DNA from: Alphaproteobacteria bacterium | Lineage (GTDB): Bacteria; Pseudomonadota; Alphaproteobacteria; UBA828 | Assembly: GCA_963422645.2 (NCBI GenBank) | Contig: CAXXVO010000009.1 | Location: forward strand, 192,001-256,000 | Direction: 5' to 3' | Length of the DNA: 64,000 bases | Shown here: positions 51,368 through 61,593 of the stretch, piece by piece | How positions within the stretch are numbered: position 1 is the first letter of the stretch | How the letters are laid out: each line of letters starts with the position of its first letter | The notes under the pieces: model-generated | Database searches by the model: none | Seen by the model: only the letters and a program-made list of their open reading frames with translations | What the model was told of the DNA's origin: nothing | Translations under genes and position numbers: made by a program

Positions 51368-53095
51368 TCAGACCGGCACCACCGCGCCCGAGCGTGGGGC
51401 AGCGAGAAAGTCCAGGTCGCAGCCGCGGTCGGCCTGCTCGACATGGGCGAGGTGGAGCGCGAGATAGCCGCGCTCCGCGCCTTCCGGCGGGGGCGGCGGG
51501 CGCCAGGCCGCCCGGCGTGCATCGAGCGTCGCCTGCGGCACGTCCAGCGTCAGCGACCGCGCCGCCACGTCCAGCGTGATCCGGTCGCCGTTCTCCACCA
51601 GCGCGAGCGGGCCACCGATGGCGGCTTCAGGCGCCGCGTGGAGCACGATGGTGCCGAAGGCGGTGCCGCTCATGCGCGCATCCGAGAGCCGCACCATGTC
51701 GGTCACGCCCTGGCGAGCGAGCTTGCGGGGGATCGGGATGTAGCCGGCCTCGGGCATCCCCGGCGCGCCCTTGGGGCCCGCGTTGCGCAGCACCAGCACG
51801 TCCTCCGGCGTCACGTCGAGCGCGGGATCGTCGATCCGCTCCGTGAGATCGGCGACGGAGTCGAACACGACCGCGCGGCCGCTGTGCTGGCAAAGCGCGG
51901 GCGTCGCCGCCGATTGCTTGATGATCGCACTGTCCGGCGCGAGGTTGCCGCGCAGCACCGCGATGCCGCCCTCGGGGTAGATGGGGTCGCCCGGCTCGCG
52001 CACCACATCCTGGGCCCAGGGGTCGGGGGCCGCGGCGATCTCCTCGCCCAGCGTGCATCCGGTCACGGTAAGGCAATCGAGATCCAGCTGATCCGACAGC
52101 GCGCGCAGCACCGGAACGAGCCCGCCGGCCTTATTCAGGTCCTCCATATAGTGCTGGCCCGAGGGCTTGAGATCGACCAGCACCGGGGTCTCGCGGCTCA
52201 GCCGGTCCAGGCGGCTCAAGTCGAGATCGAAGCCGCAGCGCCCTGCGACGGCGGCGAGGTGGATCACCGCGTTGGTCGAGCCGCCGACCGCGAGCAGCAC
52301 CGTGAGCGCGTTGGTGAAGGCGGCCGGCGTGAGGATGCGCTCCGGCGTCAGCCCTTCCGCAGCCATTGCCACGGCCCGCGCGCCGCTCTCGCGCGCGATG
52401 CGCTGGCGGTCGGCAAGCACCGCCGGGATCGCGGCGCTGCCCGGCAGCATCATGCCGAGCGCTTCCGCCGCGCAGGCCATGGTGCTGGCGGTGCCCATCA
52501 CCATGCAGGTGCCGGCAGAGGGCATAAGCCGGCCGCCGACCTCGGCGATCTCGTCCTCATCCACGCGCCCGCCCCGGTGCGCGCCCCAGTAGCGCCGGCA
52601 GTCGGTGCAGGCGCCGAGGCGCTCGCCCCGGTGGCTGCCGGTCAGCATGGGCCCCGTGACCAGCTGGATCGCGGGCACGCCCGCGCTCGCCGCCGCCATG
52701 AGCTGGGCCGGCACGGTCTTGTCGCAGCCGCCGATCAGAACCACCGCATCCAGCGGATGGGCGCGGATCATCTCCTCCGTGTCCATCGCCATCAGGTTGC
52801 GGAAGAGCATGGTCGTCGGGTGCATGAAGGGCTCGCCGAGCGAGATCGTGGGGAAGGTCAGCGGCAGCCCGCCGGCGGCCGTCACCCCGCGCTCCACCGC
52901 CTCGATCAGGGCCGGCACCGTGCCGTGGCAGCTCACGAGCCCGCTGGCCACATTCGCGATGCCGATGACCGGGCGGTCCAGCTCGGCCTCGGTGTAGCCC
53001 ATCGACTTGGCGAAGGCCTTGCGCAGGAAGAGCGAAAAGCCTGGATCGCCGTAGTCGGTGAGCTTGCCCCGGAGCCCGGTGGGCTTCTCCGTCAT
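51368..53095 (-). CDS. IlvD/Edd family dehydratase
   Basis: GCDKT, CMVMGTASTM, GGSTN, SDARMSGT. Confidence 0.95.
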   Translation of the reverse strand: MTEKPTGLRGKLTDYGDPGFSLFLRKAFAKSMGYTEAELDRPVIGIANVASGLVSCHGTVPALIEAVERGVTAAGGLPLTFPTISLGEPFMHPTTMLFRNLMAMDTEEMIRAHPLDAVVLIGGCDKTVPAQLMAAASAGVPAIQLVTGPMLTGSHRGERLGACTDCRRYWGAHRGGRVDEDEIAEVGGRLMPSAGTCMVMGTASTMACAAEALGMMLPGSAAIPAVLADRQRIARESGARAVAMAAEGLTPERILTPAAFTNALTVLLAVGGSTNAVIHLAAVAGRCGFDLDLSRLDRLSRETPVLVDLKPSGQHYMEDLNKAGGLVPVLRALSDQLDLDCLTVTGCTLGEEIAAAPDPWAQDVVREPGDPIYPEGGIAVLRGNLAPDSAIIKQSAATPALCQHSGRAVVFDSVADLTERIDDPALDVTPEDVLVLRNAGPKGAPGMPEAGYIPIPRKLARQGVTDMVRLSDARMSGTAFGTIVLHAAPEAAIGGPLALVENGDRITLDVAARSLTLDVPQATLDARRAAWRPPPPPEGAERGYLALHLAHVEQADRGCDLDFLAAPRSGAVVPV

Positions 53096-53132
53096 TTCGG
53101 CCTCCGCCAGTCGGTGGGTGGCGCGTCGGCCC

Positions 53133-53903
53133 TCACTCGGGCACGAGCCCGCAGCTCACACCGCCGTCGATGGTGAGCGCGATGCCGGTGACCCAACGCG
53201 CCTCGTCCGAGGCGAGGTAGGCGAAGCCCCCGGCAATGTCCGCCGGATCGCCCACGCCAAGCGGATGCAGCCCTGCGAGGCGTTCCTTGAACCCCTCCGG
53301 GTCGTCGAGCTGGGAGAGGTGGTAGTCCACCATCGGGGTCTGCACCCAGCCGGGGCAGACGCAATTGACCCGGATCTGGTCCCTGGCGCCGTCGAGCGCG
53401 AGGCACTTGGTCAGCATGACCACCGCGCCCTTGGAGGTGGCGTAGGCCACCTGCCCCGGCGTGCCGATAAGGCCTGCGACCGAGGCGGTGTTGAGGATCG
53501 CGCCACCGCCGCGCTCGCGCATGTGACCCCAGACCGCCTTGGCGCCCCGGTAGACGCTGGTGACGTTGACGTCCATCTGGCGGTCCCAGTCGGCGCGCTC
53601 GACCTCCTCCACGCTGCCGATCACGGCCTGACCCGCGTTGTTGACCAGGATATCGACGTGGCCGAGGGCCTCGATGGCGGCGGCCACCATCCCCGTCACG
53701 TCCTCGTCCTGCATGACGTCGGCCTCGATGGCGACGGCGCTGCCGCCGGCCTTCTCGACCGCGCGCACGGTGGCGACGTTGTCGTTGGCGCTGAGGCCCG
53801 CGCAGGCGACCGCCGCGCCTTCCCTGGCGAAGCGCAGCGCCGTGGCGCGGCCGATGCCCGAGCCTGCGCCGGTGACGACCGCGGTCTTGCCCTCGAGCCT
53901 CAT
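53133..53903 (-). CDS. SDR oxidoreductase
   Basis: [17 protein letters not shown]. Confidence 0.93.
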   Translation of the reverse strand: MRLEGKTAVVTGAGSGIGRATALRFAREGAAVACAGLSANDNVATVRAVEKAGGSAVAIEADVMQDEDVTGMVAAAIEALGHVDILVNNAGQAVIGSVEEVERADWDRQMDVNVTSVYRGAKAVWGHMRERGGGAILNTASVAGLIGTPGQVAYATSKGAVVMLTKCLALDGARDQIRVNCVCPGWVQTPMVDYHLSQLDDPEGFKERLAGLHPLGVGDPADIAGGFAYLASDEARWVTGIALTIDGGVSCGLVPE

Positions 53904-54019
53904 GTGTCTCTGCTCGTCCTCATGGCCGCCGCAGGATAGCCCGGTGGCCTGGGGCCTGCGAGGGTTGACTCCGCGCCCTGCCAGCCGATAGGCCGGGCGA
54001 GATAGGGGATCGGGAGGCA

Positions 54020-54832
54020 ATGACGCTCGAGGGGAAACACGCCATCGTCACCGGCGGTGGGCGCGGCATTGGGCGCGAGATCGGCCGCCGCTTCGCCGCC
54101 GAGGGTGCGCACGTGCTGCTCGCCGATATCGACGGCGAGCGCGCAGAGGCCGCGGCTGGCGAGGTCGTCTCCGCCGGCGGTCAGGCGACGCCCTGCACCG
54201 CCGACCTCGGTGAGCCTGCGGGCGCGCAGCACGTGTTCGAGCAGGCGGAGGCGTGCTTCGGCGACCGCCTCGACATCCTCGTCAACAATGCCGGCATCGC
54301 CCATCACGGCGCCTTCCTGGAACTTTCGTTCGAGGATTGGGAGCGGGTGCTGCGCAACAACCTGACCAGCGCCTTTCTCTGCGCGCAGGGAGCGGCGCGC
54401 GTCATGGCGGCGCATGGCGGCGGGCGAATCGTCAACATCGGTTCGATCTCGGGCCAGCGCGGCAGCTACGGGCGAACCGCCTACGGCGTTAGCAAGGCCG
54501 GCATCCACCAGATGACGCGCATCATGGCGGTCGAGCTCGGCCCGCGCGGCATCACCGTCAACGCCATCGCGCCCGGCCCCATCGACACCGGCATCACGAG
54601 CATGGGGCCGGATCAGGAGCGCCGCTACCTGGAGCGGATCCCGCTGGAGCGCTTCGGTCACGCCCGCGACATCGCCGGCACCGCGCTCTTCCTCGCGAGC
54701 GACGAGGCGGCCTACCTCACCGGCAGCGTCGTCAACGTGGACGGCGGCTTTGATGCCGCCGGCCTCATCTTCAGCTATACGGAACTCACCACGGTGAAGA
54801 GCGATGTCCGAGACCACTCCAAGAGCGACTGA
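54020..54832 (+). CDS. SDR oxidoreductase
   Basis: TGGGRGIG, NNAG, YGVSK. Confidence 0.93.
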   Translation: MTLEGKHAIVTGGGRGIGREIGRRFAAEGAHVLLADIDGERAEAAAGEVVSAGGQATPCTADLGEPAGAQHVFEQAEACFGDRLDILVNNAGIAHHGAFLELSFEDWERVLRNNLTSAFLCAQGAARVMAAHGGGRIVNIGSISGQRGSYGRTAYGVSKAGIHQMTRIMAVELGPRGITVNAIAPGPIDTGITSMGPDQERRYLERIPLERFGHARDIAGTALFLASDEAAYLTGSVVNVDGGFDAAGLIFSYTELTTVKSDVRDHSKSD

Positions 54833-54836
54833 GCCC

Positions 54837-55589
54837 ATGCAGATCGACGGATGCGAGGCCTTCGTCACCGGTGCCGCCGGCGGCATCGGCACGCCCCTGG
54901 TGGCGGCCCTGGCCGCGCGCGGCGCCCGGCGCATCCACGCCGTGGACCTGCCGGCGGCACTCGCGAAGGCGGCGTTCCCGGAGGGTGCCGGTGTGGAGCC
55001 GCTCGCCCTCGACGTGACCGACGAGGCGGCGGTTCAGCGCGCCGCAGAGCGATGCGAGGGCGTTACACTCGTCATCAACAACGCCGCCATCGTCGCCTGG
55101 GAGGGCGTGATGAGCGCGCCCACCCTCGCGACGGCGCGCACCGTGTTCGAGATCAACTACTGGGGCTATCTGCACGTGGCCCGCGCCTTCGCCCCGGTGC
55201 TGGCGCGGAAGGGCGGCGGTGCGATGGCCAACGTGCTCTCCGAGGTGGCGCGGGTGAACGCGCCCTTCTGCGGCTCCTACTCCGCGAGCAAGGCGGCGGT
55301 CTGGTCCGCGACCCAGTGCATGCGGGCCGAGCTTGCCGCTCAGGGCACCCATGTGCTCGCGGTCTTCCCGAGCTCGACCGATACCCCGATGGTCGCGGGC
55401 TTCGGCGGCGAGAAGCAGCCGCCCGAGGCGGTCGCCGAGGGCATTTGCGACGCGCTGGAGGAGGGCGTGGAGGACGTCTGCATCGGCGCCCACTCGATCC
55501 AGACCGAGGCGCTGATGCGGAGCGACCCCAAGGCCGCCGAGCGCGAGTTCGCCGCCCTGCTCCCCGGCGCCGCCGCAATCCCCGACTAG
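54837..55589 (+). CDS. SDR oxidoreductase
   Basis: TGAAGGIG, NNA, YSASK. Confidence 0.9.
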   Translation: MQIDGCEAFVTGAAGGIGTPLVAALAARGARRIHAVDLPAALAKAAFPEGAGVEPLALDVTDEAAVQRAAERCEGVTLVINNAAIVAWEGVMSAPTLATARTVFEINYWGYLHVARAFAPVLARKGGGAMANVLSEVARVNAPFCGSYSASKAAVWSATQCMRAELAAQGTHVLAVFPSSTDTPMVAGFGGEKQPPEAVAEGICDALEEGVEDVCIGAHSIQTEALMRSDPKAAEREFAALLPGAAAIPD

Positions 55590-55736
55590 CCCGGGCATCG
55601 CGGAGGTGGGTAGCAGGTACGTTATTCAAAGGGGATTATATGTAACTACCCAGGTACCCCGCCGCCAGTTCTGAGTGCGTGCTGATGTTGCTTGCCGTCG
55701 GTGCCGTTTCGCCGTCGGCGCGTCGTTGATCCCCGC

Positions 55737-55765
55737 TTGACTGTATAGGTTCTCTCGCCTATGGG
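55737..55765 (+). promoter_or_regulatory. Sigma70-like promoter of the MTase-tnpC operon (isoform A)
   Basis: TTGACT-N17-TATGGG, then GAGGAG RBS before GTG 55794. Confidence 0.6.
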
Positions 55766-55793
55766 TTGCACTCTCGCATGAGAGGAGCAGCCG

Positions 55794-56462
55794 GTGGGGT
55801 ATTTCGGGTCGAAGGCGACGACCGGTCTGAGCCAGGCGCTGATTGCGCTGATGCCGCGGCACTCTGTCTATATCGAGAGCCATCTTGGGGGCGGGGCGCT
55901 GATGAAGCGCAAGCCTGCGGCCATGCGCTCGATCGGGATCGACCGCGACGAGCGGGCGCTTGAGGCCTTTGGCTGCGACTACCCGGTGGAGTTGGTGCCC
56001 GGCTGCGCCCATTCCTTCCTGGCCTCGTTCCCGTTTCTGGGCCCGGAGCTGGTCTACAGCGATCCGCCCTATCTGCACGCGACCCGGCGTTCGTCGCAGC
56101 GCTACCGCTTCGAGTACGAGGAGGCCGACCACGTCGCGCTCCTCGAACTGCTCAAGGGTCTGCCCTGCCAGGTGATGGTCTCGGGCCACCCGTCTGCGCT
56201 CTATGACGAGCTGCTGGCGGGCTGGCGCCGGCTGGCGCTGCAGGTGACGACCCAGGCCCAGGTGCGGACCGAGGTCGTGTGGTTCAACTTCGCGCCTGAC
56301 CGGGTGCACTGGGCGAGCTTCGCCGGCCGGAACTTCACCGAGCGCCAGTGCATCAAGCGCAAGGCGGCCAACTGGGGCCGGCGCTACGAGGCCATGCCGG
56401 CGGGCGAACGCCTGGCGGTGCTGGCCGCGATCATGGCCGTCGAGGCCGACGAGGGTTCGTGA
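55794..56462 (+). CDS. Dam/D12-class N6-adenine MTase
   Basis: Same protein as copy 3. Confidence 0.88.
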   Translation: MGYFGSKATTGLSQALIALMPRHSVYIESHLGGGALMKRKPAAMRSIGIDRDERALEAFGCDYPVELVPGCAHSFLASFPFLGPELVYSDPPYLHATRRSSQRYRFEYEEADHVALLELLKGLPCQVMVSGHPSALYDELLAGWRRLALQVTTQAQVRTEVVWFNFAPDRVHWASFAGRNFTERQCIKRKAANWGRRYEAMPAGERLAVLAAIMAVEADEGS

Positions 56463-57287
56463 CAGTGTCGCGCTGGCACGAGGACCTCGCTGCCCACGAC
56501 GAGGCCTTCGCGTGCCTGCAGGACCTTTTCACCCCACAATCCTTCGCAATGACCGCCGTCAAAGCCATTCGGGAATGGGGCCAGGGGTTGCTGCGCCTGA
56601 GCGCGGCCCTGGTCAAGGAGAACGACGCGCTGGAGCGGGAGAACGCCCGCTTGCGCGAGCGGATCGCCGAACTCGAGCGCAGCGCCGCGCTCGACAGCAC
56701 CACCAGCTCCAAGCCGCCGGCCAGCGACGGTCTGAAGAAGAAGAGCGGTGACCGGGAGAAGCGCACCCGGAGCCAGCGCGGCAAGTCCGACAGGCCCAGT
56801 GGCGGCCAGCCGGGCCACAAGGGAACTACCCTGGAGCGGACCGCGACGCCCGACCATGTCGTCGATCATGATCCGTCCGCCTGTGAGGGCTGCGGCGCGC
56901 CGCTGTCGGACGCTGACCGTCACGGAGCCCCCGTCTGCCGGCAGGTCTTCGATGTGCCCGAGCCGCAGCCCCTCGAGGTCACCGAACATCGCGGCCATCG
57001 TTGCCTCTGCGCTGCCTGCGGCACCGTGACGACAGCCGTCTTCCCGAACGGCGTGAGCGCACCGGTCCAATACGGGCCGCGCATCACCGCGTGGGTGACC
57101 TACCTGCTGCACGCTCAGTTCATTCCCGAGAAGCGGGTCGCCGAGGTCATGAGCGACCTCTTCGCGGTCAAGCTCTCAACAGCCACCATCGTCGCCATGG
57201 GAAGGCGCACCGCCCGGCGCTTCGAGGGCTTCCTCGATCGCCTCGCGGAGATCATCCGCACCGCAGCCCCAGTCAAACACCTCGACG
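56459..57287 (+). pseudogene. tnpC: IS66 TnpC truncated at the first catalytic Asp (KHLD|)
   Basis: Diverges from copies 1 and 3 at 57288. Confidence 0.92.
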
Positions 57288-57301
57288 CTGAGCGCGCGCG
57301 G

Positions 57302-57771
57302 ATGGGGGCGATCTCTGCGACGGCGTTCTCGTCGACGCTGTGCAGGCGGACCAGGGGATCGAGGATCAGGAGGCGCGGTTCGATGCGCTCCACGGTCTGC
57401 TGCAGGCGTTGACGGTCGCCGGGCCGGTCGAGACGCAGGGTGGGCACGTCGATGACGGCGATGTCGAGTTCGTCGAAGGGGGTGGCGGCGGCGCGGGCGA
57501 TCCCCTGCAGACGCTTGCGCACCCTGTGGCCGGCGTCCTCGGCGGCGAAGAGCAGCACGGTGCCGCTTGCGCTGGGGCGGTAGTGGCGCAGGCATGGGAC
57601 GCCGGTGGCCACGGCGACGGCGAGATCGAGCGCGAGCAGGGATTTGCCGCACTTGGGCTCGCCGCCGACGATGCCCACGGCCTGCTCGGCCCACAGCGTG
57701 TCCACCATCCACTGTTGCGCCCGGGGGCGATCCTCGAGCTGCATCGGCGCCCGTGTCGGGAAGCCCTTCAC
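57302..57771 (-). pseudogene. AAA_25/RepA-like helicase, C-terminally truncated at the TIR
   Basis: GEPKCGKS, LFAAED, LLILDPLVR, DEN; GTGA overlap with the upstream ATPase. Confidence 0.8.
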
Positions 57772-58601
57772 CGCCGTGCCCTCTTCGGCTTGGCGGGCTC
57801 GCCCAGGATCTCCATGAAGAGCTTCTCGTCGAGAACCTCGCGGTTCTTCTCGGCGCCGGCGGCGAGCAGCATGTCGCCCATGACGGTAAGCGCCCTGGGG
57901 TTGCCGCCGGCGTGGGTGACCAGGGTGTCCTTGAGCTCTGCGCTCATGAGGCCCGGATTGCCGGCCTGCTCGACCAGATGGTCGAGCAGGGCCGCGAGGT
58001 CGCCGGCGTCTGCCTGGGTCATGACCAGGCGCTGGCGCAGGCGCGAGGCGATGGGCTGCAAGTCGGGCTGGCGGAGCCTGTCGATCAGGCGGCTGTCGCC
58101 GGCGAAGACGACCGAGAGGATGGCGCGCGAGTCGAAGTCGGTGGACGCCAGCAGGCGGATCTCGGAGATCACCGAGGGCAGCAGCTCCTGGGCCTCGTCG
58201 ATGAGCACCACGGGCCGCATGCGGGTGTCGTCGACATGGGTGAGCCATCGCTCGCGCAGGTTTTTGAAGCTGGCCCAGCGGTTGTTGTACATCAGGTCGA
58301 CGCCGAACATCCCGCCGATCTCGCGGTAGAAGTCGGACAGCCTGGAAGAGGGGTGGGTGATGGCACAGACCCTGAGCCCGTCCGAGCGGCCGAGGCGGTC
58401 GGCGAGCACGCGCAACGCCACGCTCTTTCCGGTGCCGGGCTCGCCGGCGATCAACGCGAAGCCGCCCTGGCGCACAAGATGATGCTCGATTCTGAGGCAG
58501 AAGCTGTCGACGGCGGGGCTCACCATGAGGCTGTCGACCGGAAGGTCGGTGGCGAAGGGGTTCCATTTGAGCCCGTAGAAGGTGAGCAGCTCGCGGTTCA
58601 T
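57768..58601 (-). CDS. ExeA-like AAA ATPase (transposition helper)
   Basis: YGLKWNPF, GEPGTGKS, LIDEAQ, GNPR. Confidence 0.9.
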   Translation of the reverse strand: MNRELLTFYGLKWNPFATDLPVDSLMVSPAVDSFCLRIEHHLVRQGGFALIAGEPGTGKSVALRVLADRLGRSDGLRVCAITHPSSRLSDFYREIGGMFGVDLMYNNRWASFKNLRERWLTHVDDTRMRPVVLIDEAQELLPSVISEIRLLASTDFDSRAILSVVFAGDSRLIDRLRQPDLQPIASRLRQRLVMTQADAGDLAALLDHLVEQAGNPGLMSAELKDTLVTHAGGNPRALTVMGDMLLAAGAEKNREVLDEKLFMEILGEPAKPKRARR

Positions 58602-60073
58602 GACGGATCTCCCTGATCGTCGTCCTCGCCCGGACCGGGCGTCTTGTTATGGGGTACCCAGGCCGGCGGCAGGCCTGTTGCGGCCTGGGCGTCGAGCACG
58701 CCCTTGAGCAGCGGCGGAAGTTCGCCGACGCCCGCGCTGGCGCCGCCATGGTCGCTGCCGGGTCTCGCAGGACGGCGGACGCCATCGGCGTTGCCGCGCT
58801 TGTCGAGGGGGTACAGCGTGCACAGCCGCTCGCCGCTTCGGCCTTCCACCAGATCGACGCCGCTGAGGTCCCAGCGCGCATAGCGGACCCAGAGCGTCCT
58901 CAGGTGGCGCCACGGCTGTGGCACCTGGTAGCGGATGCCCTCGACCGAGACGGTGCCGTCCGAGCGCCTGAGCGTGCGCTTCCTGGCGATGCGGAAGGCC
59001 GCCTTGAGCTCGTCCGAGGCGGGGCAGGGCCTCGATGCCTTGACGCTCCCGGCGAGGCGTTCATGCGGCGTCATGCCGAGCTCGCGGTGCACCCGCCGAT
59101 GGTAGTCCTGCTCCAGCCAGGCTATGGTGGCGTCGTTGAGCATCTTCAGGGTGAGCGCGTCGACGCCTTCGAGCTGAGCCATCAGGCGGCCCTCGACCGT
59201 GCCCCAGAACGACTCGATTTTTCCATTTTGATGGGGGCTGTAAGCGAGTGTCGTGGCCCCCACGATGCCGAGGCGGTGCAAGCCCTCCTCGACCTCGCCC
59301 GCCGTCATCGGCCCGCCGTTGTCGGTCAGCAGGGACCTGGGCAAGTCCCTCTTCATGAAGGCCTGACAGAGCCCGTGGACGAAGACCTCGGCGGTCTCCT
59401 CCAGGTACCACTGCAGGTGGCAGCCAAGCCTGGAGTGGTCGTCGAGGAAGCCGAGCAGGATGGGCGTCTGCCATTCGCCCGACGCCGTCAGCACGCGGCG
59501 CTTGCCGTGGTGGAAGTCCCCGTGCCACAGCGCGTGACTGCGAGACACCTCGTAGCTAAGGACCTCGCGGGCTTCGACCGCCGGCTTGTCCTCACCCTCG
59601 TGCCACTTCCTGGGGCGCTCGCGCACCAGGCCGCGATTGCGCATCGCCCGCGTCAGCGTCGCGTAGGACGGCATCGGGCCGAGCTCGGGATGGGTCGCAA
59701 CATGAGCCTTGAGGGTCTCGTAGTGGAGCTGCGCCGCCCACGAGGGATGGACCCGGTACTGCTCGCGCAGCGCCGCGATCAGCCCCGCCGACATGGACCG
59801 CTCGCGGCCGACGTCGGTCCGAGGCTTCCGGCGCAGCGCCTTGACCGGGTCCTGCTCCTCTGCCCGCGCCCGGTAGTACCAGCGCTCGATCGTCGAGGCC
59901 GCAAAGCGCACCGGCCCCTTGCCCGACGGGTGCTCCCAGTCGCGCTGCGACAGACGCTCGAACTCGGCCCCCAGCTGGCCTGCAGGCGGCGGTGAAGCCA
60001 GAAGCGGCCCCACCACCGCAAAGCGCAGCCGGGCCCACTTCTCGCGCCTGGCGCCTGCGTCGTCCTTGTCCAT
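58598..60073 (-). CDS. DDE integrase/transposase (rve, Mu-like C-terminus)
   Basis: LWHGDFH, LDDHSR, TDNG, NGKIE, DGTVSVEG. Confidence 0.92.
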   Translation of the reverse strand: MDKDDAGARREKWARLRFAVVGPLLASPPPAGQLGAEFERLSQRDWEHPSGKGPVRFAASTIERWYYRARAEEQDPVKALRRKPRTDVGRERSMSAGLIAALREQYRVHPSWAAQLHYETLKAHVATHPELGPMPSYATLTRAMRNRGLVRERPRKWHEGEDKPAVEAREVLSYEVSRSHALWHGDFHHGKRRVLTASGEWQTPILLGFLDDHSRLGCHLQWYLEETAEVFVHGLCQAFMKRDLPRSLLTDNGGPMTAGEVEEGLHRLGIVGATTLAYSPHQNGKIESFWGTVEGRLMAQLEGVDALTLKMLNDATIAWLEQDYHRRVHRELGMTPHERLAGSVKASRPCPASDELKAAFRIARKRTLRRSDGTVSVEGIRYQVPQPWRHLRTLWVRYARWDLSGVDLVEGRSGERLCTLYPLDKRGNADGVRRPARPGSDHGGASAGVGELPPLLKGVLDAQAATGLPPAWVPHNKTPGPGEDDDQGDPS

Positions 60074-60122
60074 TCCGGCATCCCTCCCTCGCCGCATCGG
60101 AGAGATGCCCATGTAGAACGCC

Positions 60123-60740
60123 CTATCCGGGCGTGACAGGAACACTTTCTGCGGGCGGCGCCGAGCCATCGCCGAGCCCGCAATAGCCCGTCCACGGCTT
60201 GAACCAGATCAGGCTCAGGAACAGACGCTCACCGAAGCGTCCGCCCCGCATCTGCCGCAGCACGAAGAGCAGCGGCACCTCCTCGGGTGGCATCACCAGT
60301 TCGCCACGCTTCGCTCCCCAGGGCTCCGTCGCCGGGAACGCCTCCAGCCACCACTTCCGCCAGCGGCGCAGTGTGGCGACCGAGACCCCCCACTTCCGCT
60401 TGATCGTCTGCAACCGCACCCCGCCTCTCAGAACCAGTGCACTCAACAGAACGAACAGGGCGCCCAGATAAAAGCGGCGCCCGAAGAATCGTACCGATGG
60501 TGGGGTCGCTCGCAGGCGGCAATCCGCGCAGCAGAAGCTGAACCGCCGCGTGCCCTCTTCCCTCAACTCGGCTGCCAGACCGTACGGCTTGCGCGGATAC
60601 GTCGCGCTGTGCAGCTTGCCGGGGCAGTGTCGGCAGCCCGCCTCGCGGCAGCGCGCCGCCTCGGCCTCATCGACCTCGCGCAGCCAGGCCCAGACCAGGG
60701 CGTTGCAAAGCATGGAGTGGCGGAAAATGTTGTGCGACAT
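60123..60740 (-). CDS. Cys-rich zinc-finger/HTH transposon accessory protein
   Basis: CRHC, CCADC, PPSVRFFGRR, ATLRRWRKWW. Confidence 0.7.
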   Translation of the reverse strand: MSHNIFRHSMLCNALVWAWLREVDEAEAARCREAGCRHCPGKLHSATYPRKPYGLAAELREEGTRRFSFCCADCRLRATPPSVRFFGRRFYLGALFVLLSALVLRGGVRLQTIKRKWGVSVATLRRWRKWWLEAFPATEPWGAKRGELVMPPEEVPLLFVLRQMRGGRFGERLFLSLIWFKPWTGYCGLGDGSAPPAESVPVTPG

Positions 60741-60891
60741 TGGGGCCGTCTCTGGCGATTGTGACCGTCACCACGAGACAAAGCCCCCCGGCGAACTTCT
60801 TGCAAGTTCGCCGAGGGGCACCCGCCCCAAAACCTCAACAAATCCGAGCGGATCAGGCCCCGATCCCCGCTGAAAGACCGCGCGCGCTCAG

Positions 60892-61588
60892 CGCCGCCAT
60901 CAAGGCCATGGCCGACACAATCAACGCCATGATCGACGCCTTCGGCGATCCGAACGGCGTCGCCACCCTCGACGGCTCCGGCCTGCACCCCTTCCGCCAG
61001 ATGCGGGGCGAGGTATTCACCGCCGCCGAGCGCACGCGGCTGGCCAACCTCAGCGAGCGCACGGCGCCGCCGCGTCCCGGGCCCGAGCCCGCGCCCCGGC
61101 CAACGCCGCGCGGGCGCAAGACCTTCACCTCGCCCGGCTCCGGGTACTGGCGCGCGCCCGCGGGCGTGACCCGCGTGCGCGTGCAGTTGCGGGGCGGCGA
61201 CGGCGGCGACGGCGCCGGCGATAGCGGCTTCGAATACAACAGGGGCGCCGCGCCGATCAGCTGGACGGGCGGCGACGGCGGCGACGGCGGCTTCATCTAC
61301 TTCGAGATCGCGGTCTCGCCGGGCACCTCCTACAGCTTGACCGTGGGAGACAACGGCGTGGACGGAGCGCGATTGAGGGACGGCGGCGACGGCAGCAACA
61401 CCGCCGTCCTCGGCGGCACGGCGCGCGGCGGCAAGGGCGGCAAGAGAGCGTATGGCCGACGCAACGGCGCAGACGGCGCAGACGGAACCGCCTCCGCCCC
61501 CGCCGGCGCAAGCGGCGTCAGCCGCCACACCCAGCTCACCGTGCCCTCCCCGGTCTCCGCCGGCTATATCGTCATCGAGTGGGGCTGA
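60892..61588 (+). pseudogene. Phage tail-fibre-like Gly-rich protein, probably 5'-truncated
   Basis: TFTSPG..W.APAGVTRVRV.L.GG.GG.G, VSPG..Y..TVG, GYIVIEW; ATG at 60908 could give a short product. Confidence 0.7.
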
Positions 61589-61593
61589 TCGCG

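Larger units (their letters stand above)
55642..57287 (+). mobile_element. IS66-family element with MTase, copy 4 (isoform A), truncated
   Basis: IRL at 55642; matches copy 3 in reverse until 57287; left flank GATTATAT. Confidence 0.95.
57288..60891 (-). mobile_element. Four-ORF DDE/AAA transposon-like element with 14-bp TIRs
   Basis: CTGAGCGCGCGCGG at 57288-57301 and its exact reverse complement at 60878-60891; both coincide with gene breakpoints. Confidence 0.8.

Noticed and set aside
60740-60891. 5' part of the 282-aa ORF as a true N-terminus
   Set aside because: Lies inside the adjacent element's end region; read-through across the junction
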